A DNA stretch of 40,305 nucleotides from an uncultured Clostridia bacterium (GTDB lineage: Bacteria > CAYTYR01 > UBA6262). Within the stretch, counting starts at the first letter, position 1. The number at the start of each line of letters is the position of its first letter. Shown piece after piece: positions 29,438 through 37,974 of this stretch. The stretch lies in the NCBI GenBank assembly GCA_964441745.1, contig CAYTYR010000007.1, positions 62,001 through 102,305 on the forward strand. Direction: 5' to 3'. The notes beneath the pieces were generated by a model. That model was given only the letters and a program-made list of their open reading frames with translations. It searched no databases and had not been told where the DNA came from. The translations under genes were made by a program, and so were the position numbers.

Positions 29438-29610
29438 ATCAGGGAACTCGTCATTATTTTGAGCGAGCTTGTCGGTTTCAGCCAATCCTCCAAAAAGATT
29501 GGCGGATCAGCCTGCGGCTGAAGCAATCATTGAAATTAAAGACCTTTAAGCGCGACCATAGGGAGTCCGCCAGTCTCTTTGGCGGAAACAAATAGTGACA
29601 GTTCACTGAT
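29438..29610. mobile_element. MITE-like element, copy 2 (173 bp, inverted)
   Basis: 29438-29485 is the exact reverse complement of 28148-28195 (48 bp); 29587-29615 matches 27969-27997 at 27/29. Confidence 0.7.
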
Positions 29611-29681
29611 ACACGGTATCAACCCGAGACAGGACCCCAAGTAAATCAAATGAGTAAAATAGTAAATGGAAAGGCAAGTAG

Positions 29682-30239
29682 ATGGCGGCGTTATTGAAGA
29701 CATTGTTATTGATATTTATAGCGGAGCTGGGGGATAAGACTCAGCTTTTAGTTTTGTCATTTGCCGCTAAATACAAGCCCAAGGTAGTGTTCCTGGCAGT
29801 GATTACCAGCACCATTCTGCTCTATTTACTGGCCATAGCCGTTGGCTCAGTCATCGGCAATATTATCCCGATGCAGTACTTAAAATGGATAGTTGCCTTA
29901 TCTTTCATTGGCTTTGGAATCTGGACACTCCTGGAAAAAGAAGAAGATGAAGAAGAAAAGAAAATTGGCAAATTCGGGCCCTTCCTTACTGTAGCATTGG
30001 CTTTTTTCCTGGCTGAAATGGGAGATAAGACCCAACTGGCAGCAATATCCTTAACATCTGAAATGCCTAAGGAAGCAATTATGATCTTGGCTGGAGCAGT
30101 CATCGGCATGATCTTAGCCGATGGCTTGGCTATATTGATCGGGACTGTTCTCCATAAGAAGCTGCCGGAAAAAGCCATTAAAATTTCAGCTGGTATTATC
30201 TTCATTGGCTTCGGGTTGTTTAGCTTATTCTCCCGGTAA
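29682..30239 (+). CDS. GDT1/TMEM165 (UPF0016) cation transporter
   Basis: Two E-x-G-D-K-T-Q motifs (AELGDKTQ, AEMGDKTQ) and about 6 transmembrane segments. Confidence 0.93.
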   Translation: MAALLKTLLLIFIAELGDKTQLLVLSFAAKYKPKVVFLAVITSTILLYLLAIAVGSVIGNIIPMQYLKWIVALSFIGFGIWTLLEKEEDEEEKKIGKFGPFLTVALAFFLAEMGDKTQLAAISLTSEMPKEAIMILAGAVIGMILADGLAILIGTVLHKKLPEKAIKISAGIIFIGFGLFSLFSR

Positions 30240-30283
30240 TATTTTTCTATACAAAATAATAATATTTTGGTATACTCAAAAAA

Positions 30284-30935
30284 ATGGATACTATGAAGCA
30301 GGTTTTCTTATCAGGCGATGAGGCACTGGCACAGGGAGCTTACGAAGAAGGGCTCAAAGTTGCGTGTTCCTATCCCGGGACTCCGGCCACGGAGATCCTG
30401 GAATACCTCGCGAAATTACCTGAAGTAGATGCCCAATGGTCAGTCAATGAAAAAGTGGCTTTTGAAGTGGCTTTAGCTTCTTCAATTGCCGGTTTGCGTT
30501 CTCTCTATTCGTCCCTAAATATGTCATGGTCCCGGGTAATGCCTATAAAAAGCATATTGAGCTTGAGCAAAAGCTGGTAAAGCTGAAAGATCACCGTTTA
30601 ACAGGATAGAGCTGAATGACCGCAAATTAGGAATCATCACCAGCGGAGTTTCCTGTCTCTATGCCAAAGAAATGTATCCAGACGCGTCATTCCTGAAGCT
30701 GGGATTTGTTTACCCGTTCCCGGCAGATAAAATAAAAGAATTCGCTTCCCAGGCACAGGAACTATACGTGATCGAGGAACTGGAACCCTTTATCGAGGAA
30801 GAAATACAACGCCTGGGTCTCAAGGTCAAAGCCAAACACCCATCGTTCCGGGTCGGGGAATTACGTCCTGAGCTGATCCCGCAGATCATTGAAGGCAAAG
30901 CTAAAAGAGTAGTAGATAACAGACCAAGGTTATAA
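30284..30935 (+). pseudogene. iorA: Indolepyruvate:ferredoxin oxidoreductase alpha subunit remnant
   Basis: Three IorA-like segments joined by frameshifts: SGDEALAQG..SYPGTPATEI..NEKVAFE / PKYVMVPGNA / NRIE..LGIITSG..LKLG..YPFP..VIEELEPFIEE. Internal deletion, and no ThDP-binding or ferredoxin domains. Confidence 0.85.
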
Positions 30936-30945
30936 GGAGAAACGC

Positions 30946-31371
30946 CTGGCTAAGGAAGTAAATATCTTTATTGAAAACCGTCCGGGCCGGCTGCAATCGG
31001 TTGCGGCGATACTGGCGGAAAATGATATTAATGTACGGACCATGACCTTGCAAGACCGCGGTGAGTTTGGCCCGATGAAATTGATCGTCGATAAACCGGA
31101 AAAGGCTGACCTGGTTTTAAAAGACAAGGGATTCGCTTCAGCCTTAAAAGATATCCTGGCCATCCTGCTGGAGGATAAACCAGGCAGTTTTAATAAGCTG
31201 ATGAAAGCTTTTGAAAAATGTCCGGTCAATATCCTTGATGCCTATGGCTTTGTCATTGAGGCTAACAAACAAGCGGTATTCTGCGTGGAAGTTAAGGAGC
31301 CGGGTAATATTAAGCAAGTCCTGCCGCAGGAAGGATTTAATATCCTGGAAGAACAGCTTTACGAATTCTAG
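30946..31371 (+). CDS. Tandem ACT-domain protein (type usually found beside paaK/ior genes)
   Basis: AKEVNIFIENRPGRL...DINVR...LIVDKPEKA...LEDKPG. Frame is open upstream of 31042; CTG at 30946 follows AAGGAGA. Confidence 0.8.
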   Translation: MAKEVNIFIENRPGRLQSVAAILAENDINVRTMTLQDRGEFGPMKLIVDKPEKADLVLKDKGFASALKDILAILLEDKPGSFNKLMKAFEKCPVNILDAYGFVIEANKQAVFCVEVKEPGNIKQVLPQEGFNILEEQLYEF

Positions 31372-31439
31372 AGTCACTAAAGTACTTATTAAATGTAAAG
31401 GAGGCTTGTTTAATAAAAAATAGTATACTGAGCAAGGTT

Positions 31440-32075
31440 TTAAGCAGGAAGTATTTTCAATGTCGAAAGTACGAACCAGCAGGCAAAACCGATCAAGGCC
31501 CAGGCACAGCAAAGTATCATACCCCGGTACATCCTATCTGAAATAAATCTCCTTCCTTTGTGTATCATCAGTGAAACCAATGAATACCATCCCAGATCAG
31601 CGCTAATGTGACCGGCAAAGAACACCAGTATAGCCAGCAGGCCTTGTTTATGCGCCGCTAATACCAGTCCCAGGCCGATGGTCAGCCACCAGATCGTCCA
31701 ATAAGGATTGGTGAGGCTCATGGTAATGCCCAACCAGATCAGGTTTGATGATTTAGTGGGCTGCCCGGTTTGCGGTAAAGTCAAGCGCGGCAACGATATG
31801 ATCATGCTCAGCCCAAAACAAAAAAGAATAATAGATCCGGCGATAGCGATTATCTTTAGGGCCAGGGGAGCGCTGAGAAAATGGGAAAAGCCAAAAATGA
31901 TACCGGCAATCATCAGCATTTCCAATACTGCATGTCCCAGGATGAATAAAGGGCCAGTTTTAGAGCCATGCCTGGTGCTTTCATAAATGACTGCTGTAAA
32001 TAGGGGACCAGGCATTAAGGCGCCGCTTAAGGCAATGGTGAAGGAGATCATGAATATCGAAAAATAATTCATCAA
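31440..32075 (-). CDS. LysE-family translocator
   Basis: ALSGALMPGPL, GHAVLE, NPYW.IWW.TIG, GHISADLGWY. Confidence 0.88.
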   Translation of the reverse strand: MMNYFSIFMISFTIALSGALMPGPLFTAVIYESTRHGSKTGPLFILGHAVLEMLMIAGIIFGFSHFLSAPLALKIIAIAGSIILFCFGLSMIISLPRLTLPQTGQPTKSSNLIWLGITMSLTNPYWTIWWLTIGLGLVLAAHKQGLLAILVFFAGHISADLGWYSLVSLMIHKGRRFISDRMYRGMILCCAWALIGFACWFVLSTLKILPA

Positions 32076-32181
32076 TATATTCTATAGAAATATCCATTGA
32101 TTGTAAAGATAAAACGCTTGACTATACACTGGGAAAAAGGTTATATAATATATAAAATGAGTCTGTTCCGGGGAGAAAGAA

Positions 32182-32427
32182 ATGACTAAAAAGATCAAGA
32201 TCTATGCATTGAGTACCTGTATCTGGTGCAAAAAGACGATTGAATATTTTAAGAAAAAAGGACTCCCTTTTGAGCATGTTTTTGTCGATCTGCTTGATGA
32301 AGAACAAGACCAAATAGTCTCTAAGGAATTGGATAAGCTTAATCCGGATCATAGTTTCCCGACTGTGGTCATAGGAGACAAGGTAATAATAGGTTATAAA
32401 ACAGATGAATTTGATAAAGAATGTTAG
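32182..32427 (+). CDS. Glutaredoxin/NrdH-like redoxin
   Basis: YALSTCIWCKK, SFPTVVIG, IIGY. Confidence 0.9.
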   Translation: MTKKIKIYALSTCIWCKKTIEYFKKKGLPFEHVFVDLLDEEQDQIVSKELDKLNPDHSFPTVVIGDKVIIGYKTDEFDKEC

Positions 32428-32447
32428 AAACTATAAGAGGCTCTATA

Positions 32448-32954
32448 ATGCTACCTCCAGTAAGTGACCAGGAAGTACAGGAATACCGGCAAGAGCTGGA
32501 AAAGGTGCTCCAGGGCAGGGGATATTACCTGAATCCGGATGATAGTTATACTAATAATCTGATCCAAGGCATCCTGGTCAATATTAAGCGCTATGGGTAT
32601 GGCTGTTGCCCCTGCCGGCTGGCCACAAAAGATAAAGCCAAAGATATTGATGTGATTTGCCCGTGTTATTATCGGGATGACGATGTTTCTGAATTCGGGG
32701 CCTGTTTTTGCGGTCTCTATGTTTCCCGGGGAAATTATAAAGGGAAAACAGAGATTTTGTCTATTCCGGAAAGAAGAGCTAAGCCCAAACCTGTCCCAAG
32801 GAGTATCCCCATGAAAGAATTAAAGATCACTCATACTGTCTGGAGATGTAATGTGTGCGGTTATTTAGCCGCCCGGGATACGGCTCCGGATGTCTGTCCG
32901 ATTTGCGGTGTGCCAAAAGACCGGTTTGAAATCTTTATCGAAGGGAATAAATAG
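32448..32954 (+). CDS. Ferredoxin:thioredoxin reductase catalytic subunit fused to a rubredoxin-like domain (FDR type)
   Basis: CPCR, CPC, CFC.LY motifs, then WRCNVCGY...CPICG; ATG 32448 after AAGAGG. Confidence 0.88.
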   Translation: MLPPVSDQEVQEYRQELEKVLQGRGYYLNPDDSYTNNLIQGILVNIKRYGYGCCPCRLATKDKAKDIDVICPCYYRDDDVSEFGACFCGLYVSRGNYKGKTEILSIPERRAKPKPVPRSIPMKELKITHTVWRCNVCGYLAARDTAPDVCPICGVPKDRFEIFIEGNK

Positions 32955-34891
32955 TGATAAAAACGACACGATATTTGGTTTTCCCCGTACTTTTATTGGT
33001 TTTAGCGACACAGGCTATGGCTGCAGATATTGGGATGGCGGGCGCGGTCAAAAAGAAAGTCAGGGAATTGGACACCAAAGTATTAGATAATAAAGTAACG
33101 CCAGCTGCAACTACGGTTACCAATCCTCCAGTTACCATAGATGAAAAAGTAGAAGCTCTTTTAAATCAAATGACTTTAGAAGAAAAGATCGGGCAAATGA
33201 CTCTGCCGGACAGCGCCGCTTTAAGCGGACGGGAAGAAGATATAAAGACTTATTGTATTGGTGCAGTTTTGAGTGGAGGGGGCTCAGATACTGCTGATAA
33301 TAGCCCGGTTTCCTGGGCCAACCAGTTCAATTTATACCAAACCTATGCTACCCAAACCAGGCTGGCTATACCCCTCTTGTACGGAATAGATGCAGTACAT
33401 GGGCATAATAATGTGTCTGGGGCAGTTATTTTTCCGCATAATATAGGACTGGGCTGTACTAATAATGAAGCGCTGGTAGAACAGGCGGCCCAGGTTACAG
33501 CTGAGGAGATGGCTGGTACTGGGATGAATTGGGCCTATGCTCCTTGTATTGCCGTAGCGCGGGACGAGCGTTGGGGCAGGACTTATGAAAGCTTTGGGGA
33601 AACTCCGGAATTAGTCAAAAAACTGGGGGCTGCCTATATTAAGGGTTTGCAGGGAGCTGACCTGAGCCAGCGCCCGAATGTCCTGGCTTGCGCCAAGCAT
33701 TATCTTGGTGATGGCGGAACCGACAAAGGAGTTGACCGGGGTGATACTGATATTACTGAAACAGAGCTAAGAACAGTCCATTTACCCGGCTATATTGAGG
33801 CGATTGCGGCTGGTGCTAAAACCATTATGGTTTCCTATAACAGCTTTCAGGGAACTAAAATGCACGGCTATAAAGCCTGGGTCACAGACGTGCTGAAAAC
33901 AGAGCTTGGGTTTAAAGGATTTGTGGTCTCTGATTGGGATGGTATTTACGAATTAAGCAGCCCATTATCCAACCAGATAGCTACGGCAGTCAATGCCGGG
34001 GTGGATATGATCATGCTGTCTGCCGGCTATGGAAACTTTATTGCTACCCTGAAGACTCTGGTAGAACAAGGCACCGTATCCCAGTCCCGTATTGATGACG
34101 CCGTGCGGCGCATCCTTAAAGTGAAATATGAATTGGGATTGTTTGATAATGCTTTTGAAGACCGGAGTTACCTGGCTGGGATAGGTTCTGCTGCCCACAG
34201 GGATGTAGCCAGGCAATGTGTCAGGGAATCTTTGGTCTTGCTGAAAAACAGCAATTCTACTTTACCCCTGGCCAAAACCGTGACCAGAATCGTTGTTGCG
34301 GGGAAGAATGCTGATGATATCGGTAACCAGTGCGGCGGCTGGACGATTACTTGGCAGGGTGATAGCGGAGCGATCACTACGGGAACGACCATATTGCAAG
34401 GAATAAAAAATATGGTTTCGGCGGCAACAACGGTTACCTATTCAGAGGATGGTTCAGGCGCTGCCGGCGCGGAGGTGGGCATTGTTGTGATCGGTGAAAC
34501 ACCCTATGCTGAAGGCGGCGGTGATAGTCTGACGCTGGCGCTGGATGACGAAAATGATGATGATGCTGATAGTGATAATGATGATATAGTCGCTATTAAT
34601 AATTTAAAAGCGGCCGGAGTCAAAACCGTAGTGATCCTTGTTTCCGGCCGGCCAATGATCTTGGATACTGTCCTTGCTAATGCTGATGCTTTTATCGCTG
34701 CCTGGTTGCCAGGCACTGAAGGACAGGGGGTAGCTGAAGTCCTCTTTGGCCATTATAACTTCAAAGGAAAACTTTCTTTTTCCTGGCCCAGAAATATTGA
34801 GCAATTACCTATTAATTACGGTGACAGCAATTATGGCGAAACCAGCCATGACCCGTTGTTCGATTACGGCTATGGTCTTACCTATCCGTAA
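32954..34891 (+). CDS. Secreted GH3 beta-glucosidase / beta-glucan exohydrolase
   Basis: Signal peptide (AMA), TLEEKIGQM, DAVHGH, RWGRTYES, AKHY.GDG, VSDW (nucleophile), YAEG, AWLPGTEG. Confidence 0.93.
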   Translation: MIKTTRYLVFPVLLLVLATQAMAADIGMAGAVKKKVRELDTKVLDNKVTPAATTVTNPPVTIDEKVEALLNQMTLEEKIGQMTLPDSAALSGREEDIKTYCIGAVLSGGGSDTADNSPVSWANQFNLYQTYATQTRLAIPLLYGIDAVHGHNNVSGAVIFPHNIGLGCTNNEALVEQAAQVTAEEMAGTGMNWAYAPCIAVARDERWGRTYESFGETPELVKKLGAAYIKGLQGADLSQRPNVLACAKHYLGDGGTDKGVDRGDTDITETELRTVHLPGYIEAIAAGAKTIMVSYNSFQGTKMHGYKAWVTDVLKTELGFKGFVVSDWDGIYELSSPLSNQIATAVNAGVDMIMLSAGYGNFIATLKTLVEQGTVSQSRIDDAVRRILKVKYELGLFDNAFEDRSYLAGIGSAAHRDVARQCVRESLVLLKNSNSTLPLAKTVTRIVVAGKNADDIGNQCGGWTITWQGDSGAITTGTTILQGIKNMVSAATTVTYSEDGSGAAGAEVGIVVIGETPYAEGGGDSLTLALDDENDDDADSDNDDIVAINNLKAAGVKTVVILVSGRPMILDTVLANADAFIAAWLPGTEGQGVAEVLFGHYNFKGKLSFSWPRNIEQLPINYGDSNYGETSHDPLFDYGYGLTYP

Positions 34892-34970
34892 GCTCAATTA
34901 GTAAGAAATAATGATTGACAATGCCGTATGTCCTTATCGTAAAGAACATAATTGCGAGAAGGTGATCTTA

Positions 34971-35549
34971 ATGAAGCTTAAGGTGTTGGGCATAGTAATG
35001 ACCATACTTATAGGGGGGATTTTCTTGGCGAATCTAGAAGCTCAAGATAAAGATACGGCTACTGCGGTAATAACGACTGAACTAGGGAAAATAACTATTG
35101 AGCTGCAGCCGGGAAAAGCGCCTAAAACAGCAGCTAATTTTCTGCAGCAGGCTAAAACCAAAGCTTTTGACGGGACCACCTTTCACCGGGTGGTCCCTGG
35201 CTTTGTCATCCAGGGAGGGGATCCGCTCTCCAAAGACAATGACCCGTCTAATGATGGGACCGGAGGCGGGACAATGGGTGTAGAGCCGCGGCAATTGTCA
35301 AACATCAAGGGGACCATTTCCATGGCTTCTGCCTCCCGCAATGTACCGATCAACTCCCAGTCTGACGCCCAATTCTTTATTAACTTGAATGATAACCTGG
35401 GCCTGGACCAATATGGGTTTATCCCTTTTGGTAAAGTCATCGCTGGTATGGAGATTGTAGGGAAAATAGCCCAGAGCCCCCGTGATAAAAATGACCGGCC
35501 CCTGAAAAATGTTCGTATAAATTCTGTAACTATTCTTCCTTCGAAATAA
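34971..35549 (+). CDS. Exported cyclophilin-type peptidyl-prolyl isomerase
   Basis: Signal peptide, APKTAANF, FHRVVPGFVIQGGDP, QFFIN, FGKVI.GM; ATG 34971 after AAGGTG. Confidence 0.92.
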   Translation: MKLKVLGIVMTILIGGIFLANLEAQDKDTATAVITTELGKITIELQPGKAPKTAANFLQQAKTKAFDGTTFHRVVPGFVIQGGDPLSKDNDPSNDGTGGGTMGVEPRQLSNIKGTISMASASRNVPINSQSDAQFFINLNDNLGLDQYGFIPFGKVIAGMEIVGKIAQSPRDKNDRPLKNVRINSVTILPSK

Positions 35550-35554
35550 AAATT

Positions 35555-37963
35555 ATGAATAATCCAACTTTTGAACAAGACCACAATAAATGTCTTCCCT
35601 TGATGGAAAAAATCGTTGAATTTTTTCCTGATCCTGTTTTTGTAATTAACCAGGAACAAAAGGTCATAGCCTGGAACCTGGCTATAGAAAAGCTGACCGG
35701 GGTCTCTAAAGCAGAGATGATCGGCCAAGGTGATTATGCCTATGCTGTGCCTTTTTACGGAGAAAAAAAGCCTATCCTGGTTAACCTCATCGATCTGCAT
35801 GATTCCCTGATTGAAGCCAGTTACCAAAATTTCAAGCGTGATGGGAATACCTTATACGCTGAGGTCTTTGCGTCTAAATTAAATCACGGGGCAGGGGCTC
35901 ATCTTAGTATCAAAGCTTCTCCATTATATGATGCTGAAGGAGTTTTTGTCGGCGCGATCGAGTCTATCCGGGATGTTTCCGCCCAAAAGGAAATCGAGCA
36001 GGCGTTAAAAGAGTCTGAAATAAAATTTAGGACCCTGGCCGAAGAATCCCCCAATATGATCTTTATCCTGAAAGCCGGCCGGATAGTTTACGCCAACAGG
36101 AAAAGTGAAGATATCACCGGCTATACCCGGCAGGAAGCATATTCTCCTGCTTTTAATTTTATGACTTTATTTTCCCCTGAATCGCACTGGCAGGTAAAAG
36201 CTGATTATGACAAGCATCTTAAAGGTATTGATCTGCCCAGTATTGAATATGTATTATTGACTAAATCTGGACTAAAAATCAATATTATTATAGCGACTAA
36301 ACTGATCGATTTTCAGGGAACTACGGCGATACTGGGCATAGTCACGGATATCTCCAAGCAGAAGGAAATGGAACGGGTCAAAGCTGAATCTGATAAAAAA
36401 TACCGTGATACGATTGAGGCTATGCCTGAAGCGATACATGTTATTGACCGTGAATTTCATATCCTGCTTATTAACCGGGCTTTCTTAAAAATGAACCAGG
36501 ACCTTGGTATATCTCATAATCTAATCGGGAAAACAGTGTTTGACGCTTTTCCTTTCTTACCGGAACAGGTCCTGAAGGAATATAAGCAGGTTTTTAAAGA
36601 AAATAAGATCATAACTACCGAAGAAAGTAATATTATCAATAATGAACCAGTCCAGACGCAGACCACCAAGATTCCGATTGTTGAAGAAGGGAAAGTAAAT
36701 AAAATAGTTACCGTGATCCGCAATGTAACTGAGCAAAAAGCTAAAGAACGGGAGTTAATAAAACTCAGTGATGAAATCCTTTTGATCAATAAAAAATTAA
36801 AGCAATTATCCTTGAAGGATTCGCAAACCGGACTTTTTAACCATCGTTATTTCATCGAAACTATCAATTTAGAGTTTGCCAGGGCTAGAAGAGAACAAAG
36901 CTCACTTTCACTGCTCATGATCGATATCGATTATTTTAAATCGATCAATGATGTTTATGGCCATAGTTTTGGGGACCAGGTTTTAAAACAACTGGCCGAC
37001 TTACTTAAAAATGGGATCCGGCATTACAATCCGGTGATCCGTTTTGGCGGTGAAGAATTTATTATCATTGCTTCTGGCCTAGACCGTGCGTCAGCTGTTG
37101 ACCTGGGTCAGCGGTTGTTGGACAAAGTCAATGATACCTCCTTTGGCAACAAAAAACAGAAAGTAAAACTAAAAATGAGTGTGGCGGTAGTATCGTATCC
37201 GGAAGAAAGAATGAGCAAAGCCACTGATTTCCTGGAAAAAGCTGATCATATTCTGCTCAAAGCCAAGGAGTTTGGCGGCAATCGTGTTTATTCGTCTCTG
37301 GATATCAGCCAATACAAAAAGGAAAAAATTAATAAGAAGGGTCCCACCCTTAGGTACTTAAAGGAGAAAATGGACCGTTTGAACAAACGGGCCAATCAAA
37401 GTTTGATTGAAGCTATTTTCGCTTTTGCCCGGACCATTGAATTAAAGGACCATTACACTGGAGAGCATGTAGAAGAAACAGTGAACTTTGCTACGGCTAT
37501 AGCCAAAGCCTTAAAACTGCCAAAGGATGAAATATTGCTCATTAAACAGGCTTCCATACTTCACGACTTGGGCAAAATCGGTATCAGCGAAAAAATCCTC
37601 CTTAAACCTGGTAAGCTGACCACTAAGGAATTCATTGAAATTAAGAAACATCCGTTGATCGCGGCTGATATTATCCGGCCGATCCAGCTTCTGCACGGGC
37701 TCCTGCCTTTCATTGTGCATCATCATGAACGCTGGGACGGGAAAGGATATCCTTCAGCCTTGAAGGGTGAAGAGATTCCGATGGGGGCGAGAATTATTGC
37801 TTTAGCCGACGTCTATCAAGCTCTTACTTCCAACCGGCCGTACCGTAAAGCGTTTAAAAAGAGTGCGGCAATCCAGATAATAAAAAAGGAAGCTGGCTCG
37901 CACTTTGACCCGCAGATCGTGTCTGTTTTCCTTAATGTTCTTAAAAAGAAGAAAACTAAGTAA
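35555..37963 (+). CDS. PAS-PAS-PAS-GGDEF-HD-GYP c-di-GMP signalling protein
   Basis: Three PAS domains ending in RDVS, TDIS and RNVT; DIDYFK.IND.YGH, RFGGEEF; HDLGK, HHERWDGKGYP, RPYR. Confidence 0.92.
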   Translation: MNNPTFEQDHNKCLPLMEKIVEFFPDPVFVINQEQKVIAWNLAIEKLTGVSKAEMIGQGDYAYAVPFYGEKKPILVNLIDLHDSLIEASYQNFKRDGNTLYAEVFASKLNHGAGAHLSIKASPLYDAEGVFVGAIESIRDVSAQKEIEQALKESEIKFRTLAEESPNMIFILKAGRIVYANRKSEDITGYTRQEAYSPAFNFMTLFSPESHWQVKADYDKHLKGIDLPSIEYVLLTKSGLKINIIIATKLIDFQGTTAILGIVTDISKQKEMERVKAESDKKYRDTIEAMPEAIHVIDREFHILLINRAFLKMNQDLGISHNLIGKTVFDAFPFLPEQVLKEYKQVFKENKIITTEESNIINNEPVQTQTTKIPIVEEGKVNKIVTVIRNVTEQKAKERELIKLSDEILLINKKLKQLSLKDSQTGLFNHRYFIETINLEFARARREQSSLSLLMIDIDYFKSINDVYGHSFGDQVLKQLADLLKNGIRHYNPVIRFGGEEFIIIASGLDRASAVDLGQRLLDKVNDTSFGNKKQKVKLKMSVAVVSYPEERMSKATDFLEKADHILLKAKEFGGNRVYSSLDISQYKKEKINKKGPTLRYLKEKMDRLNKRANQSLIEAIFAFARTIELKDHYTGEHVEETVNFATAIAKALKLPKDEILLIKQASILHDLGKIGISEKILLKPGKLTTKEFIEIKKHPLIAADIIRPIQLLHGLLPFIVHHHERWDGKGYPSALKGEEIPMGARIIALADVYQALTSNRPYRKAFKKSAAIQIIKKEAGSHFDPQIVSVFLNVLKKKKTK

Positions 37964-37974
37964 ATAAAAGCAAA

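Noticed and set aside
29555-29681. yybP-ykoY (Mn2+) riboswitch upstream of the GDT1 transporter
   Set aside because: Only GGGAGT and CGAGAC fragments are present. The first lies inside the MITE-like repeat, and I could not build the two-hairpin fold.
30500-30610. Programmed frameshifting in iorA
   Set aside because: The frame changes coincide with missing conserved sequence and the C-terminal domains are absent, which indicates decay
31424-31434. tatactgagca match to the 12001 palindrome
   Set aside because: Only 11 bp with no second arm; could be chance
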